This document shows, one piece after another, positions 10,589 to 19,214 of a stretch of 64,000 nt of DNA. The notes beneath the pieces are model-generated. The model saw only the letters and a list, made by a program, of their open reading frames with translations, was not told the DNA's origin and did not search any database. The translations under genes and the position numbers were made by a program. Source of the DNA: Gemmatimonadales bacterium (GTDB lineage: Bacteria > Gemmatimonadota > Gemmatimonadetes > Gemmatimonadales > GWC2-71-9); the NCBI GenBank assembly GCA_051955835.1, contig JBQCGH010000105.1:41242-105241 (forward strand), written 5' to 3'. Numbering within the stretch: position 1 is the stretch's first letter; every line of letters begins with the position of its first letter.

Positions 10589-11569
10589 CTAACCAGCGAC
10601 GGAAATGGGCGGGAGCGCCGCTTCGATCTCGGCGCGGTGTGGCTCCTCCCAAGGCGGAAGCCGGAGGGACTGGCCCAGGCGGGCGAGCGGCTCGTCGACC
10701 GTGAAGCCGGGACTCATGGTCGCCACCTCCAACAGCACGCCTCCCGGCTCGCGGAAGTAGATGGACTGGAAATAGGTGCGGTCGCGCACGGGCGTGACCT
10801 CTACGCCGAGACGCACCAGCTCCTCCCGCAACCGCAGCTGTCCTTCGGCGCCGTCGATGGCGAACGCCACGTGATGGACCGTGCCCAGGCCGTTGCGCGC
10901 GGCCGGCGCCGCGGGTGATTCAACGAGATCCACCAGATGCCCCGGAGCGTCGTGCGAGACGCAGAGGCGGCTGCGGGTGCCCTCCTCACCCACCATCCGG
11001 AAGCCGAGCACCTCGGTCAGGAACCGGGCGGTCGGACGGCGGTCGCGCAGGAGCAGGGTCACCGCGTGCAGGCCGCGGATCGCCAGCTCGGGGCTCACGC
11101 TACACCCCGGCCAGGGTGGTCGTTCATCGCGCGCGTCCGGCACCAGCTCGACGACAAGCCCGGACGGATCGCGCAGTGCGAGCGGAGATGCACCGAACCG
11201 TGCCTTCCTCTGCTCGACCCGAACACCGTCAGCCTCGAGTCTCGCACGCCAGTGGTTCTCGGCGCCGGCGGGAATCGAGAACGCGGTCGCCACGATCTGG
11301 CCGGTGCCGTGCACCCCGACGGGCACACTTTGGCCACCGTAGGGAAACGTCGTCCAGATCGTGCCCGGGTCGCCACGCTCGGTCCCATAGTAGAAGTGGT
11401 GGACGTTATGGTTGTCGAAGTTGACCGTACGCTTGACCAGCCGGAGGCCGAGCCGGCCGGAGAAGAAGTCCAGGTCCGGCTGGTCGCGGTCGACCGTGGC
11501 GGTCACGTGGTGGAGGTGGCGCAGCGGCGGCCGAGTGGCCGCGGTCGCCCCAGCGTCGGCTCCGCTCAT
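10589..11569 (-). CDS. Two-domain VOC superfamily protein, ring-cleaving dioxygenase-like (MhqA/YfiE-type), paralog 1
   Basis: 326 aa. [31 protein letters not shown], then HAVTLL, HHVAFAI and [19 protein letters not shown] form the duplicated glyoxalase/extradiol fold with His/His/Glu metal ligands. Confidence 0.85.
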   Translation of the reverse strand: MSGADAGATAATRPPLRHLHHVTATVDRDQPDLDFFSGRLGLRLVKRTVNFDNHNVHHFYYGTERGDPGTIWTTFPYGGQSVPVGVHGTGQIVATAFSIPAGAENHWRARLEADGVRVEQRKARFGASPLALRDPSGLVVELVPDARDERPPWPGCSVSPELAIRGLHAVTLLLRDRRPTARFLTEVLGFRMVGEEGTRSRLCVSHDAPGHLVDLVESPAAPAARNGLGTVHHVAFAIDGAEGQLRLREELVRLGVEVTPVRDRTYFQSIYFREPGGVLLEVATMSPGFTVDEPLARLGQSLRLPPWEEPHRAEIEAALPPISVAG

Positions 11570-11724
11570 TGCTCGACGGGCCGCCCCAGGAGGTCCTGGA
11601 AATCGAGGCTGAAATCGACGGCCGGTGAAGTGGGTATCATCTTGACCTGAGTAAGAGGCATGGGAGGGAACGTGTCCGCGGCCCGGGCATCTGGCAAGCC
11701 GCGGATCCGGCGTATACTTGGAGC

Positions 11725-12843
11725 ATGGCCGAGGCGATCCGCGTCTCCTACCTCGTCCGCGCGCCGGCGGAGCGTATCGCCGAGCGGGCGGAGGCGCTCA
11801 TGCTGGAGCAGGCGGTGGAGCTGCCCCGCGCCGTCGCCATGCGCGACCCGTGGGTGGCGGAGCACGTGCTCGGCCAGGTCGAAGCGATTCGCCCCGCGGG
11901 ACGCGAGTGCCATCGGGTGACGATCGCCCAGCCGCTCGTGACCGCCGCGGCCGACCCCGCGCAGCTGCTCAACGTGCTGTTCGGCAACTCGTCGCTGCAG
12001 CCGGATGTGGTGCTGGATGACGTGGCGCTCCCGCGCTCCGCCTTCGACTGGCTCCCCGGGCCGCGGGTGGGTATCGCCGGCCTGCGGGAGATCGCTGGCG
12101 TCGGCGGACGTCCGCTGCTCGCGACCGCGCTCAAGCCCATGGGACTCCGTCCCGTGGCCCTCGCGGCGCTGGCGGGCACGTTCGCCCGGGCCGGCATCGA
12201 TCTTATCAAAGACGATCACGGTCTCGCCGACCACGCATTCTGTCCCTTCGAGGCACGGGTCGAAACGTGCGTCCGCGCGGTGGACGATGCCGCCCGAGAG
12301 ACCGGGCGCCGTGCACTGTACGTGCCCAACCTGATCGGTGCGCCGGACCGGGTCATGCGTCAGCTCGCCTTCGCGCGGGAGGCGGGTGTGCGGGCGGTGA
12401 TGGTCTCACCTATGGTGACCGGGCTTCCCTTCCTGTGCCAGCTCGCCGCCATGGCAGACGGTCTCCCGATTGTGGCCCACCCCGCGCTGGCCGGCACGCT
12501 TCGGCTGTCGGAGCCGCTGCTCCTCGGAAAGCTGTTCCGCTGGTTCGGCGCGGATGCCGTGATCTTCCCGCATGCGGGAGGGCGGTTCACCTACAGCCTC
12601 GAGACCTGCCGCGCGATCGCGGAGGCGCTGCGTGCCGACCACCCGCGGGCACGCCCCGCGTTGCCGGCGCCTGCCGGCGGCATCAAGGTCGACCGCATCG
12701 GCGAGCTGCTCGAGGTCTACGGGCCCGACTGCATCCTGCTCATCGGCGGGAGCCTGTACGACCGCGGTGACGCCCTGTTCGAGCGCACCCGGGCGCTGGT
12801 GGACCGCGTGACGCGCGCCGCGGCCGCGGAGCCGGTGCCGTGA
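11725..12843 (+). CDS. RuBisCO-like protein (form IV RuBisCO large-subunit homolog), short variant
   Basis: 372 aa. ALKPMGL (KPxxG), GIDLIKDDHGL (carbamyl-Lys KDD motif), VAHPALAG, FPHAGG, PAGGI and LLIGGS align by eye with RuBisCO large-subunit barrel motifs, but several carboxylase residues are replaced. GGAG lies 4 nt upstream of the ATG. Confidence 0.85.
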   Translation: MAEAIRVSYLVRAPAERIAERAEALMLEQAVELPRAVAMRDPWVAEHVLGQVEAIRPAGRECHRVTIAQPLVTAAADPAQLLNVLFGNSSLQPDVVLDDVALPRSAFDWLPGPRVGIAGLREIAGVGGRPLLATALKPMGLRPVALAALAGTFARAGIDLIKDDHGLADHAFCPFEARVETCVRAVDDAARETGRRALYVPNLIGAPDRVMRQLAFAREAGVRAVMVSPMVTGLPFLCQLAAMADGLPIVAHPALAGTLRLSEPLLLGKLFRWFGADAVIFPHAGGRFTYSLETCRAIAEALRADHPRARPALPAPAGGIKVDRIGELLEVYGPDCILLIGGSLYDRGDALFERTRALVDRVTRAAAAEPVP

Positions 12844-13283
12844 GCACGCACGTGCGGCAAACCGATCCGTTCCGATGGGAAGGCGTCGACGTCAAACCAT
12901 ATAAGAACGACGGTACGCACTTCGCCGGCGTCACCCGGCAGCTGCTCTTTTCCGGCGGCGAGGGCCTCGCCTGCGAGCTCCGCTATTTCGAGGTGGCGCC
13001 GGGCGGCTGGTCGTCGCTCGAGCGGCATCAGCACGCGCATGCGGTGATGATCGTGCGCGGCCGGGCCCGGGTCCTGGTCGGCGACCGGGTGATCGACGCC
13101 GCCACGCACGATCTCGTCCGCGTGCCTCCGCTCACCTGGCATCAGTTCCAGCCGATCGGCGCGGAACCGCTCGGCTTTCTCTGCATGGTCGATTGCGCAC
13201 GCGACCGGCCCGAGCGGCCCGACCCCGACGCGCTGGCGGCCCTGCGGTCGCGCCCCGATATCGCGACGTTCATCAAGGTGTGA
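12840..13283 (+). CDS. Cupin domain protein (147 aa)
   Basis: FEVAPGGWSSLERHQHAHAVMIVRGRARVLVGD...LVRVPPLTWHQF corresponds to cupin motifs 1 and 2 with His ligands. The GTG start overlaps the RLP stop (GTGA 12840-12843). Confidence 0.85.
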   Translation: MSTHVRQTDPFRWEGVDVKPYKNDGTHFAGVTRQLLFSGGEGLACELRYFEVAPGGWSSLERHQHAHAVMIVRGRARVLVGDRVIDAATHDLVRVPPLTWHQFQPIGAEPLGFLCMVDCARDRPERPDPDALAALRSRPDIATFIKV

Positions 13284-13316
13284 CCGCGGCGAGCCCGCCG
13301 CGGGCGGAGGTGTCGT

Positions 13317-14270
13317 ATGGATCTGACCGGCATTCATCACCTGACCGCGGTCTCCGCAGACATCCGCGGCAACTATCGGTTCTACACCGAGACGCTCGGC
13401 ATGCGTCTGGTGAAGCGCAGCGTCAATCAGGACGACGTCAGCGCCTACCACCTGTTCTACGCCGATGCCGTCGGTACACCCGGCACCGACCTCACGTTCT
13501 TCGACTGGAAGATGCCGCGTGAGCGCCGCGGCACGCATAGCGTGGTGCGCACCCATCTGCGCGTGAACGGACGCGAGACGCTCGAGTGGTGGGCCGCATA
13601 CCTCACCCAACGCGGCGTCCTCGCCGCCCCCATCGTGGAGCGCGACCGCCGGCTCACGCTCGACTTCGAGGATCCCGAAGGCCAGCGTCTTGCTCTCGTC
13701 GACGACGGCGGGCGGGGGGACCCCCCGACACCCTGGGATCGGAGCCCCGTGCCGGCCGAGCGGCAGATTCGCGGCCTCGGCCCCATCGCCATGAGCGTGC
13801 CGAGTCTCCGCGCAACGGATGCGGTACTGACACGGGTCATGGGACTGCGGGCCGTGCGGGAGTACCCGGTGCCCGAGGACACGCGCCACACGGTGCACGT
13901 CTACGAGATGGGCCAGGGCGGCGCACACGCCGAGCTCCACGTGGTTGTGCAGCCTGAGCTCCGGCCCGCGCGGCTTGGCGCGGGTGGGGTGCATCATGTC
14001 GCGTTCCGCACCTCGAGCGTGGAGGAGTATCACGCCTGGCGCGCCCGGCTCGACGAGCTGCAGATCCCCAACAGCGGCGAGATCGACCGCTACTACTTCC
14101 GCAGCCTGTATTTCCGGGAGCCGAACGGCGTGCTGTTCGAGATCGCCACGGATGGCCCCGGCTTTGCCGTCGATGAGGATCCGGCCACGCTGGGTGAGCA
14201 CGTCGCCCTGCCGCCCTTCCTCGAGCCTCGCCGTGAGGCGATTCTCGCCGGCCTGGAGCCGATCGCATAG
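13317..14270 (+). CDS. Two-domain VOC superfamily protein, ring-cleaving dioxygenase-like (MhqA/YfiE-type), paralog 2
   Basis: 317 aa. [45 protein letters not shown], then HHVAFRT and [24 protein letters not shown] lies 8 nt upstream, and the gene starts 33 nt after the cupin stop. Confidence 0.88.
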   Translation: MDLTGIHHLTAVSADIRGNYRFYTETLGMRLVKRSVNQDDVSAYHLFYADAVGTPGTDLTFFDWKMPRERRGTHSVVRTHLRVNGRETLEWWAAYLTQRGVLAAPIVERDRRLTLDFEDPEGQRLALVDDGGRGDPPTPWDRSPVPAERQIRGLGPIAMSVPSLRATDAVLTRVMGLRAVREYPVPEDTRHTVHVYEMGQGGAHAELHVVVQPELRPARLGAGGVHHVAFRTSSVEEYHAWRARLDELQIPNSGEIDRYYFRSLYFREPNGVLFEIATDGPGFAVDEDPATLGEHVALPPFLEPRREAILAGLEPIA

Positions 14271-14357
14271 CCATACGGCCCCGCTGGGCGGCAACGGGCG
14301 CTATGCGCTTGATCCACGTCTCTGGTCGATCACCAGGATGGCAGACGCACTTCGAGC

Positions 14358-14386
14358 ATGAGGGCATGTCCATGACATGCCCTCAT
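14358..14386 (+). terminator. Perfect hairpin ATGAGGGCATGTC-CAT-GACATGCCCTCAT followed by TGTTTCC; probable terminator of the RLP-cupin-VOC unit
   Basis: 13-bp perfect stem with a 3-nt loop, read directly. It lies 88 nt after the VOC2 stop in a lower-GC spacer. The T-tract is weak. Confidence 0.55.
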
Positions 14387-14458
14387 TGTTTCCGGCTCTT
14401 CGGTGATGCACGGCGGCGCTGGCGCCCCCACGCCGGGAGTTCGATACTTCCGGCATGA

Positions 14459-14880
14459 CGCTGCCCCGAAGCCGAGCATCATCTCTCCGTCGCCGTCGAG
14501 GCCGTAGTTACCCGGTTCGGCGCGATGGTTCGGCAGGTGGGCCGCCGGTACCGCCTCGACGAGGCTGATCTGGACGAGGTCATGCAGGAGGTGCGGATCC
14601 GGCTGTGGCGGGCCCAGCGCACGAGTGAGCAGATCGGCGAGGTCTCCACGTCCTACGTATACCGCACGGCGACCTCGGCCGCGCTCGACGTGATCCGCCG
14701 CCGCCGGTCCCGACGGGCCGAGCATCACCACTCGATCGACGCCGACGACCGAACGGTTACCCTCGCGGCGCCCACGCCCGATCCTCACGGCGCGTTGGAG
14801 GGCTCCGAGATGGCCCGGCAGACCCGCGCCGGGTCCATGGCATGCTGGGCGGCGGCGCGGGTCAGCGGGGTGACGAGACA
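14459..14880 (+). pseudogene. ECF-type sigma-70 fragment (region 2 only), probably truncated or degenerate
   Basis: VEAVVTRFGAMVRQVGRRYRLDEADLDEVMQEVRIRLWRA....YVYRTATSAALDVIRRRR is a clear sigma-70 region 2. An in-frame stop at 14456 leaves no canonical start before the internal ATG 14525. I found no recognisable region 4 in any frame. The frame then runs on, without a stop, antisense through the next gene. The 3' boundary is approximate. Confidence 0.35.
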
Positions 14881-14989
14881 AAGGCGGGCCAACAGCGCCG
14901 GGAGTCGTGTAATGCGAAGCATCCGGAAATGGGCGGCGAGGATGCCTGAAGATACCGACGTGCGGGTGCCCGACGAAACGGGACCGCGC

Positions 14990-15526
14990 TCAGCCGCGGC
15001 GTTTCCGATAGAGTCCCTCGAAGGCTTCGCTCCAGGTGGCGCCGCCGTCCGAAGATGTCTGCCAGAGCTGGTGCACGGTGCCATCCGGATTTGCGTGGAA
15101 GCTGAGCCGGTGCTCGAGCGTGGTGCCGTCGGGGCGACGGCTTTGGCCGCGGTACGTCAGTGTTCCATCGGCGTAGGTCCCGGCCAGGTCGAGCACGGTC
15201 CCGCTGTTGGAGACCCAGACCTGGTGCCACTGCCGGTCACCGCGGTCATAGAAATTGAAGCTCTGGCCCGTGTCGCCTTCGCTCCCGGTCCAGTGCTCGT
15301 GGACAAGACACCCGGTTTCCTCCGAGGTTACCAGGTTCTTGCCCGCCGGGTGGCCGTGGCTCGTGACATCCCAGTCTCCTACCCAGAAATCGAGTTGACG
15401 GTACTCGGCGCCCTGGCACGTCGGGTGAGCGCGCGGGGCCTGAGCCGCGAGAGGAGCCGCGACCACGACGGCAGCGGCGAGGACCGCGGGAGAGCATACC
15501 CTGCTGCTACCATGGCACGACCGCAT
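14990..15526 (-). CDS. Secreted protein of unknown function
   Basis: 178 aa. Signal-like N-terminus (AVLAAAVVVAAPLAAQA), then a Trp/Asp/His/Gln-rich, non-shadow composition (YRQLDFWVGDWDVTSHGH..HEHWTGSEGDTGQSFNFYD..WHQVWVSNSG). GAGGAG lies upstream of the ATG. Confidence 0.65.
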   Translation of the reverse strand: MRSCHGSSRVCSPAVLAAAVVVAAPLAAQAPRAHPTCQGAEYRQLDFWVGDWDVTSHGHPAGKNLVTSEETGCLVHEHWTGSEGDTGQSFNFYDRGDRQWHQVWVSNSGTVLDLAGTYADGTLTYRGQSRRPDGTTLEHRLSFHANPDGTVHQLWQTSSDGGATWSEAFEGLYRKRRG

Positions 15527-15804
15527 GATCGCTCCTCGAATCGAGTGGCACTCAGCTTACCGTTTTCCGATAAAGGAGACGGCACCGACCTGGCGGCCCA
15601 CACCCGTCAGAAGCTCGGGAGCCGAGCCGTGCCGTGGCGCGCGTCACCGGGACGAAGCGAAGTGTGAAAATGCGAGCACTCCGTTGCGCGAGCGCCTGTT
15701 GCAGCGCGACGACCTTTGGTGTAACTGTACCTGAGTGCGCGGACGCCGGAGCCGCCCCTTTCCGGTGGCGGTCGGCGCCGCGCGTAGACGACGGGCAGTG
15801 ATCG

Positions 15805-16857
15805 ATGCGTATAGCAATGGTTTCGACTCCATTCGTGCCGGTGCCTCCGCCCCTGTACGGCGGGACCGAACTGGTCGTTCACGATCTGGTAGAGGGCCTG
15901 ATCGACCGCGGACACACTGTGACGCTCTTCGCCACCGGCGATTCCCGGAGCCGGGCACGCCTGTGCTCGCTTTACCCTCGCGCCCAATGGCCGCCCGCAG
16001 CCTTCACTGATCTCAACCACACCTCGTGGGCCATGGCCCAGGTGGCCGAGGGTGATTACGACGTCATCCACGCGCACTCCGCCGCCGCCCTCGCCCTCGG
16101 CCGCCTGCTGCCCGACATCCCCCTGGTCTATACGCTGCACCATGCGTTCGAGCCCGAGTTGTCGACCTACTACGCCGACTTTCCGGAGGTCGCGTTCGTG
16201 GCCATTTCAGGTGACCAGTGCGGCCGGGAGGTCGGCGTGCCCCACTGCACGGTCGTCCACCACGGCCTCGATCCGAGCCGATATCGGTCCACCACTCGGC
16301 CCGGATCCTATGTGTGCTTCGTGGGCCGGTTCGCCCGCGAGAAGGGCCTGCACACGGCCATCGATGCGGCGGCGCGAGCGGGCGTCCCGATCCGGGTGGC
16401 CGGTGAGGTGCACCCGCGTGACCGCGACTATGGCCGGTCCGAGGTCGAGCCACGACTGCGCCTGCCGCATGTGACGTATCTGGGATGCATCGGGCCCGAG
16501 CAGAAGGTTCCCCTGCTCCGTGACGCGCGCGCGCTGCTCGCTCCCATCGAGTGGAACGAGCCGTTCGGCCTCATCCTGATCGAAGCCATGCTGTCGGGCT
16601 GCCCGGTGGTGGCGTTTCGGCGTGGCAGCGTATCCGAGCTGATCGAGCATGGCGTCACCGGTCTCATCGCCGACTCGGCGGACCAGGTGGCCGAGTGGAT
16701 CCGGCCCGGCGGGGCGGCCGATCAACTCGACCGACAGCGTATCAGAGCGGCGGCTGTCACCCGCTTCAATCACCGTCGGATGGCCGCGGAATACGAGCGG
16801 TTGTACACCGCCCGGGCGAAGGAGACGGCCACCGCCTGGCCCACCACCGCGGCATGA
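15805..16857 (+). CDS. Glycosyltransferase family 4
   Basis: MRIAMVSTPFVPVPPPLYGGTELVVHDLVEGL... N-terminus and the EPFGLILIEAMLSGCPVVAFRRGSVSELIEHGVTGLI (E-x7-E) motif of GT4/GT-B enzymes. Confidence 0.9.
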   Translation: MRIAMVSTPFVPVPPPLYGGTELVVHDLVEGLIDRGHTVTLFATGDSRSRARLCSLYPRAQWPPAAFTDLNHTSWAMAQVAEGDYDVIHAHSAAALALGRLLPDIPLVYTLHHAFEPELSTYYADFPEVAFVAISGDQCGREVGVPHCTVVHHGLDPSRYRSTTRPGSYVCFVGRFAREKGLHTAIDAAARAGVPIRVAGEVHPRDRDYGRSEVEPRLRLPHVTYLGCIGPEQKVPLLRDARALLAPIEWNEPFGLILIEAMLSGCPVVAFRRGSVSELIEHGVTGLIADSADQVAEWIRPGGAADQLDRQRIRAAAVTRFNHRRMAAEYERLYTARAKETATAWPTTAA

Positions 16858-19088
16858 GCCGAACCGCCGAGGCGCCGGCTCCCAGCCAGCGCGAAAGGCT
16901 CCCCGAACAGCTACGCCCCGTGCCCATGGTCGATGCGGTGGGCTATCCCTCGCTCGATTGCGCCAGCGAGCGGCTGCCGGAGCGCGCGCTCGTGATCAAG
17001 CAAGACCGGCTCTTCATGCTGGCGGACTTGCACGGCAGCATCGCACCCGCCGGCGTCTGCTCGCTCGGTCTCTTCCAGGACGATACCCGGATCCTCAGCC
17101 ACTACGACCTTGCGGTGCATGGCGGGCCACCGGATCTGCTGTCGGCCCAGGTGCCAAGCGCGTATTGCGCCCAGGTCGATCTGGCGATCGGCAATCTCGC
17201 CTTCGGCGGCGACCCGTGGGATCCGAGGAACGTAGTCCACATTCGCCGGGAGCTCACGCTCGCCGATCGCCTCGCGGAGCGGCTCACCCTGACGGGTTAC
17301 CTCGGCGCCCCGGTGGACTACTGGATCGAGCTCCAGCTCGGCTGCGATTTCGCCGACATCTTCGAGGTCCGGGGCTGGCGCCGTGAGGCGCGCGGACAGT
17401 ACTTCGCCCCCCGTCCCTCGGACGACTCGCTTGTGTTCGCGTATCGTGGCCGGGACGGCCGCCTGGTGCGGACCGTGGTGCGGTTCGGCCGCTCGCCCGA
17501 CCGGCTCACCGAGCGCGCGGCGCACTGGAACGTGCGCCTCGAGCCGGATCGGCCGGTTGCCCTCGAGTGGGATGTGCGGGCCGACGACGGCACGGATCGC
17601 ATCCTTGTCCCGTCCTGCCGCCTCGACGAGTGCCGCGCGGGCCTCGACCGGGTGTACCACGGGTGGCACGATGGCAACAGCCGGTGGGAAAGCGACGTCG
17701 CGGACTTCGACAGTCTCATCCATCGGGCCGCGGATGACCTTCGCGCGCTGTACGTCGAGATCGACGGGGATGCCGTCATTTCCGCAGGAATTCCCTGGTA
17801 CTCGACCGTGTTCGGGCGCGACTCCATCATCACCTCGCTCCAGACCCTGCCGCTCCAGCCCAGGATCGCGATCGATACCCTCCGCTACCTGGCTCGACAC
17901 CAGGGGCGCCGCGAGGACGCGTACACCGAGGAGCAGCCGGGCAAGATCCTCCACGAGCTTCGTCGTGGAGAGATGGCGCGGAGCGGCGAGATTCCGCACG
18001 TGCCGTACTACGGTAGCGTGGACGCAACCCCGCTCTGGCTCATTCTGCTGCACGAGACCTGGCGCTGGACCGGCGATACCGAGCTCGTTCGCGGGCTCAT
18101 GCCGAATGCCGAGCGTGCGCTCGAGTGGATTGCCCGCTACGGCGACCTGGATGGCGACGGATTCGTGGAGTACGCCCGGACATCGGCAAAGGGCCTGGTT
18201 AATCAGGGCTGGAAAGACTCCGGTGACGGCGTGCCCTTCCCCGACGGCCGGCTGCCCGAGCCGCCCATCGCGCTGGTCGAGGTGCAAGGCTACGTGTACG
18301 ACGCCAAGCTGCGGATGGCCGAGCTGTACCGGCACCTCGGCCACTCGGACCGCGCGACGGCCTTGCGCAAGGAGGCGTCTGAGCTCAGAAACCACATTCG
18401 CAGTGCGTACTGGATGGAAAAGCCGGGCATATTCGCCATCGCCCTGGACGGGGCCAAGCGGCCGATTCCGACCGCGACGACCAATGCCGGCCACCTCCTA
18501 TGGAGCCGGGTGCCGACCCCCGAGATGGCTCGGCGGCTCACGGCTCGCTTTCTCGAGCCGGATTTCTTCTCCGGGTGGGGCGTTCGTACCCTCAGCTCGT
18601 CGCACGCGGCGTTCAACCCGATGAGCTATCACAATGGCTCGATCTGGCCGCACGACAACGCCATTCTGGTGCTCGGCATGGCGCTCAACGGGCACGCGCG
18701 GGCCGCGCTTCCCATCGTCCATGCGCTGTACGAGGCGGGGGTACACACGGACTTTCAGCGTTTGCCGGAGTTGTACTGCGGCATGACCCGACAACGTGGT
18801 ACTCGGCCGGTCAACTACCCGGTAAGCTGCTCACCGCAGGCCTGGGCGTCGGGCTCGCTCTTCATGCTGCTCCAGGCCATGCTCGGCATCTACGCCGAGG
18901 CGCCCGCTCACATCCTTCACATTCGCGATCCAATTCTGCCCGATTTCCTGAGTGATCTCACCGTCACGGGCCTGGCCATCGGGCGCTCGCGCGTGGCCCT
19001 GCAGTTCCGGCGGCACGGCACCCGGACGCTGGCGAATCTGCTCGGCGTCGAGGGCGATCCGCTTCAGGTGCGGCTCGAGCTGACCTGA
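16854..19088 (+). CDS. Amylo-alpha-1,6-glucosidase / glycogen-debranching-enzyme-like (GDE_N + GDE_C) protein
   Basis: GIPWYSTVFGRDSIITSL, GKILHELRRGEMA, VNQGWKDSGD and NGSIWPHDN are typical of bacterial/archaeal GDE_C (alpha/alpha)6 hydrolases. ATG 16854 overlaps the GT4 stop (ATGA). The first 101 codons of the track ORF are read-through. Confidence 0.85.
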   Translation: MSRTAEAPAPSQRERLPEQLRPVPMVDAVGYPSLDCASERLPERALVIKQDRLFMLADLHGSIAPAGVCSLGLFQDDTRILSHYDLAVHGGPPDLLSAQVPSAYCAQVDLAIGNLAFGGDPWDPRNVVHIRRELTLADRLAERLTLTGYLGAPVDYWIELQLGCDFADIFEVRGWRREARGQYFAPRPSDDSLVFAYRGRDGRLVRTVVRFGRSPDRLTERAAHWNVRLEPDRPVALEWDVRADDGTDRILVPSCRLDECRAGLDRVYHGWHDGNSRWESDVADFDSLIHRAADDLRALYVEIDGDAVISAGIPWYSTVFGRDSIITSLQTLPLQPRIAIDTLRYLARHQGRREDAYTEEQPGKILHELRRGEMARSGEIPHVPYYGSVDATPLWLILLHETWRWTGDTELVRGLMPNAERALEWIARYGDLDGDGFVEYARTSAKGLVNQGWKDSGDGVPFPDGRLPEPPIALVEVQGYVYDAKLRMAELYRHLGHSDRATALRKEASELRNHIRSAYWMEKPGIFAIALDGAKRPIPTATTNAGHLLWSRVPTPEMARRLTARFLEPDFFSGWGVRTLSSSHAAFNPMSYHNGSIWPHDNAILVLGMALNGHARAALPIVHALYEAGVHTDFQRLPELYCGMTRQRGTRPVNYPVSCSPQAWASGSLFMLLQAMLGIYAEAPAHILHIRDPILPDFLSDLTVTGLAIGRSRVALQFRRHGTRTLANLLGVEGDPLQVRLELT

Positions 19089-19214
19089 GACGAGGCTCGA
19101 GCGCTGGGCCCGGTGCGGCGACGGCTGATGGCGAGCGCGGTCGAGCTTGCGCGACGCGCGGGCGCCGACGGCGATGAGCAGTGAAGGCTGCCTGGTGATC
19201 TCCCGCGACTGTTG

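Noticed and set aside
10545-10652. TTG start at 10652 for the DctA-family transporter.
   Set aside because: It would add 36 residues of non-membrane, Arg/Pro-rich sequence and overlap the 3' end of the upstream VOC gene by 64 nt. ATG 10544 gives a normal transporter N-terminus.
14785-14922. Signal-peptide-like antisense mini-ORF (MLRITRLPALLARLCLVTPLTRAAAQ...) opposite the sigma-factor remnant.
   Set aside because: It is only about 45 aa, with no SD or -10 element, and it lies in the decayed part of the ECF fragment. It is most likely fortuitous.
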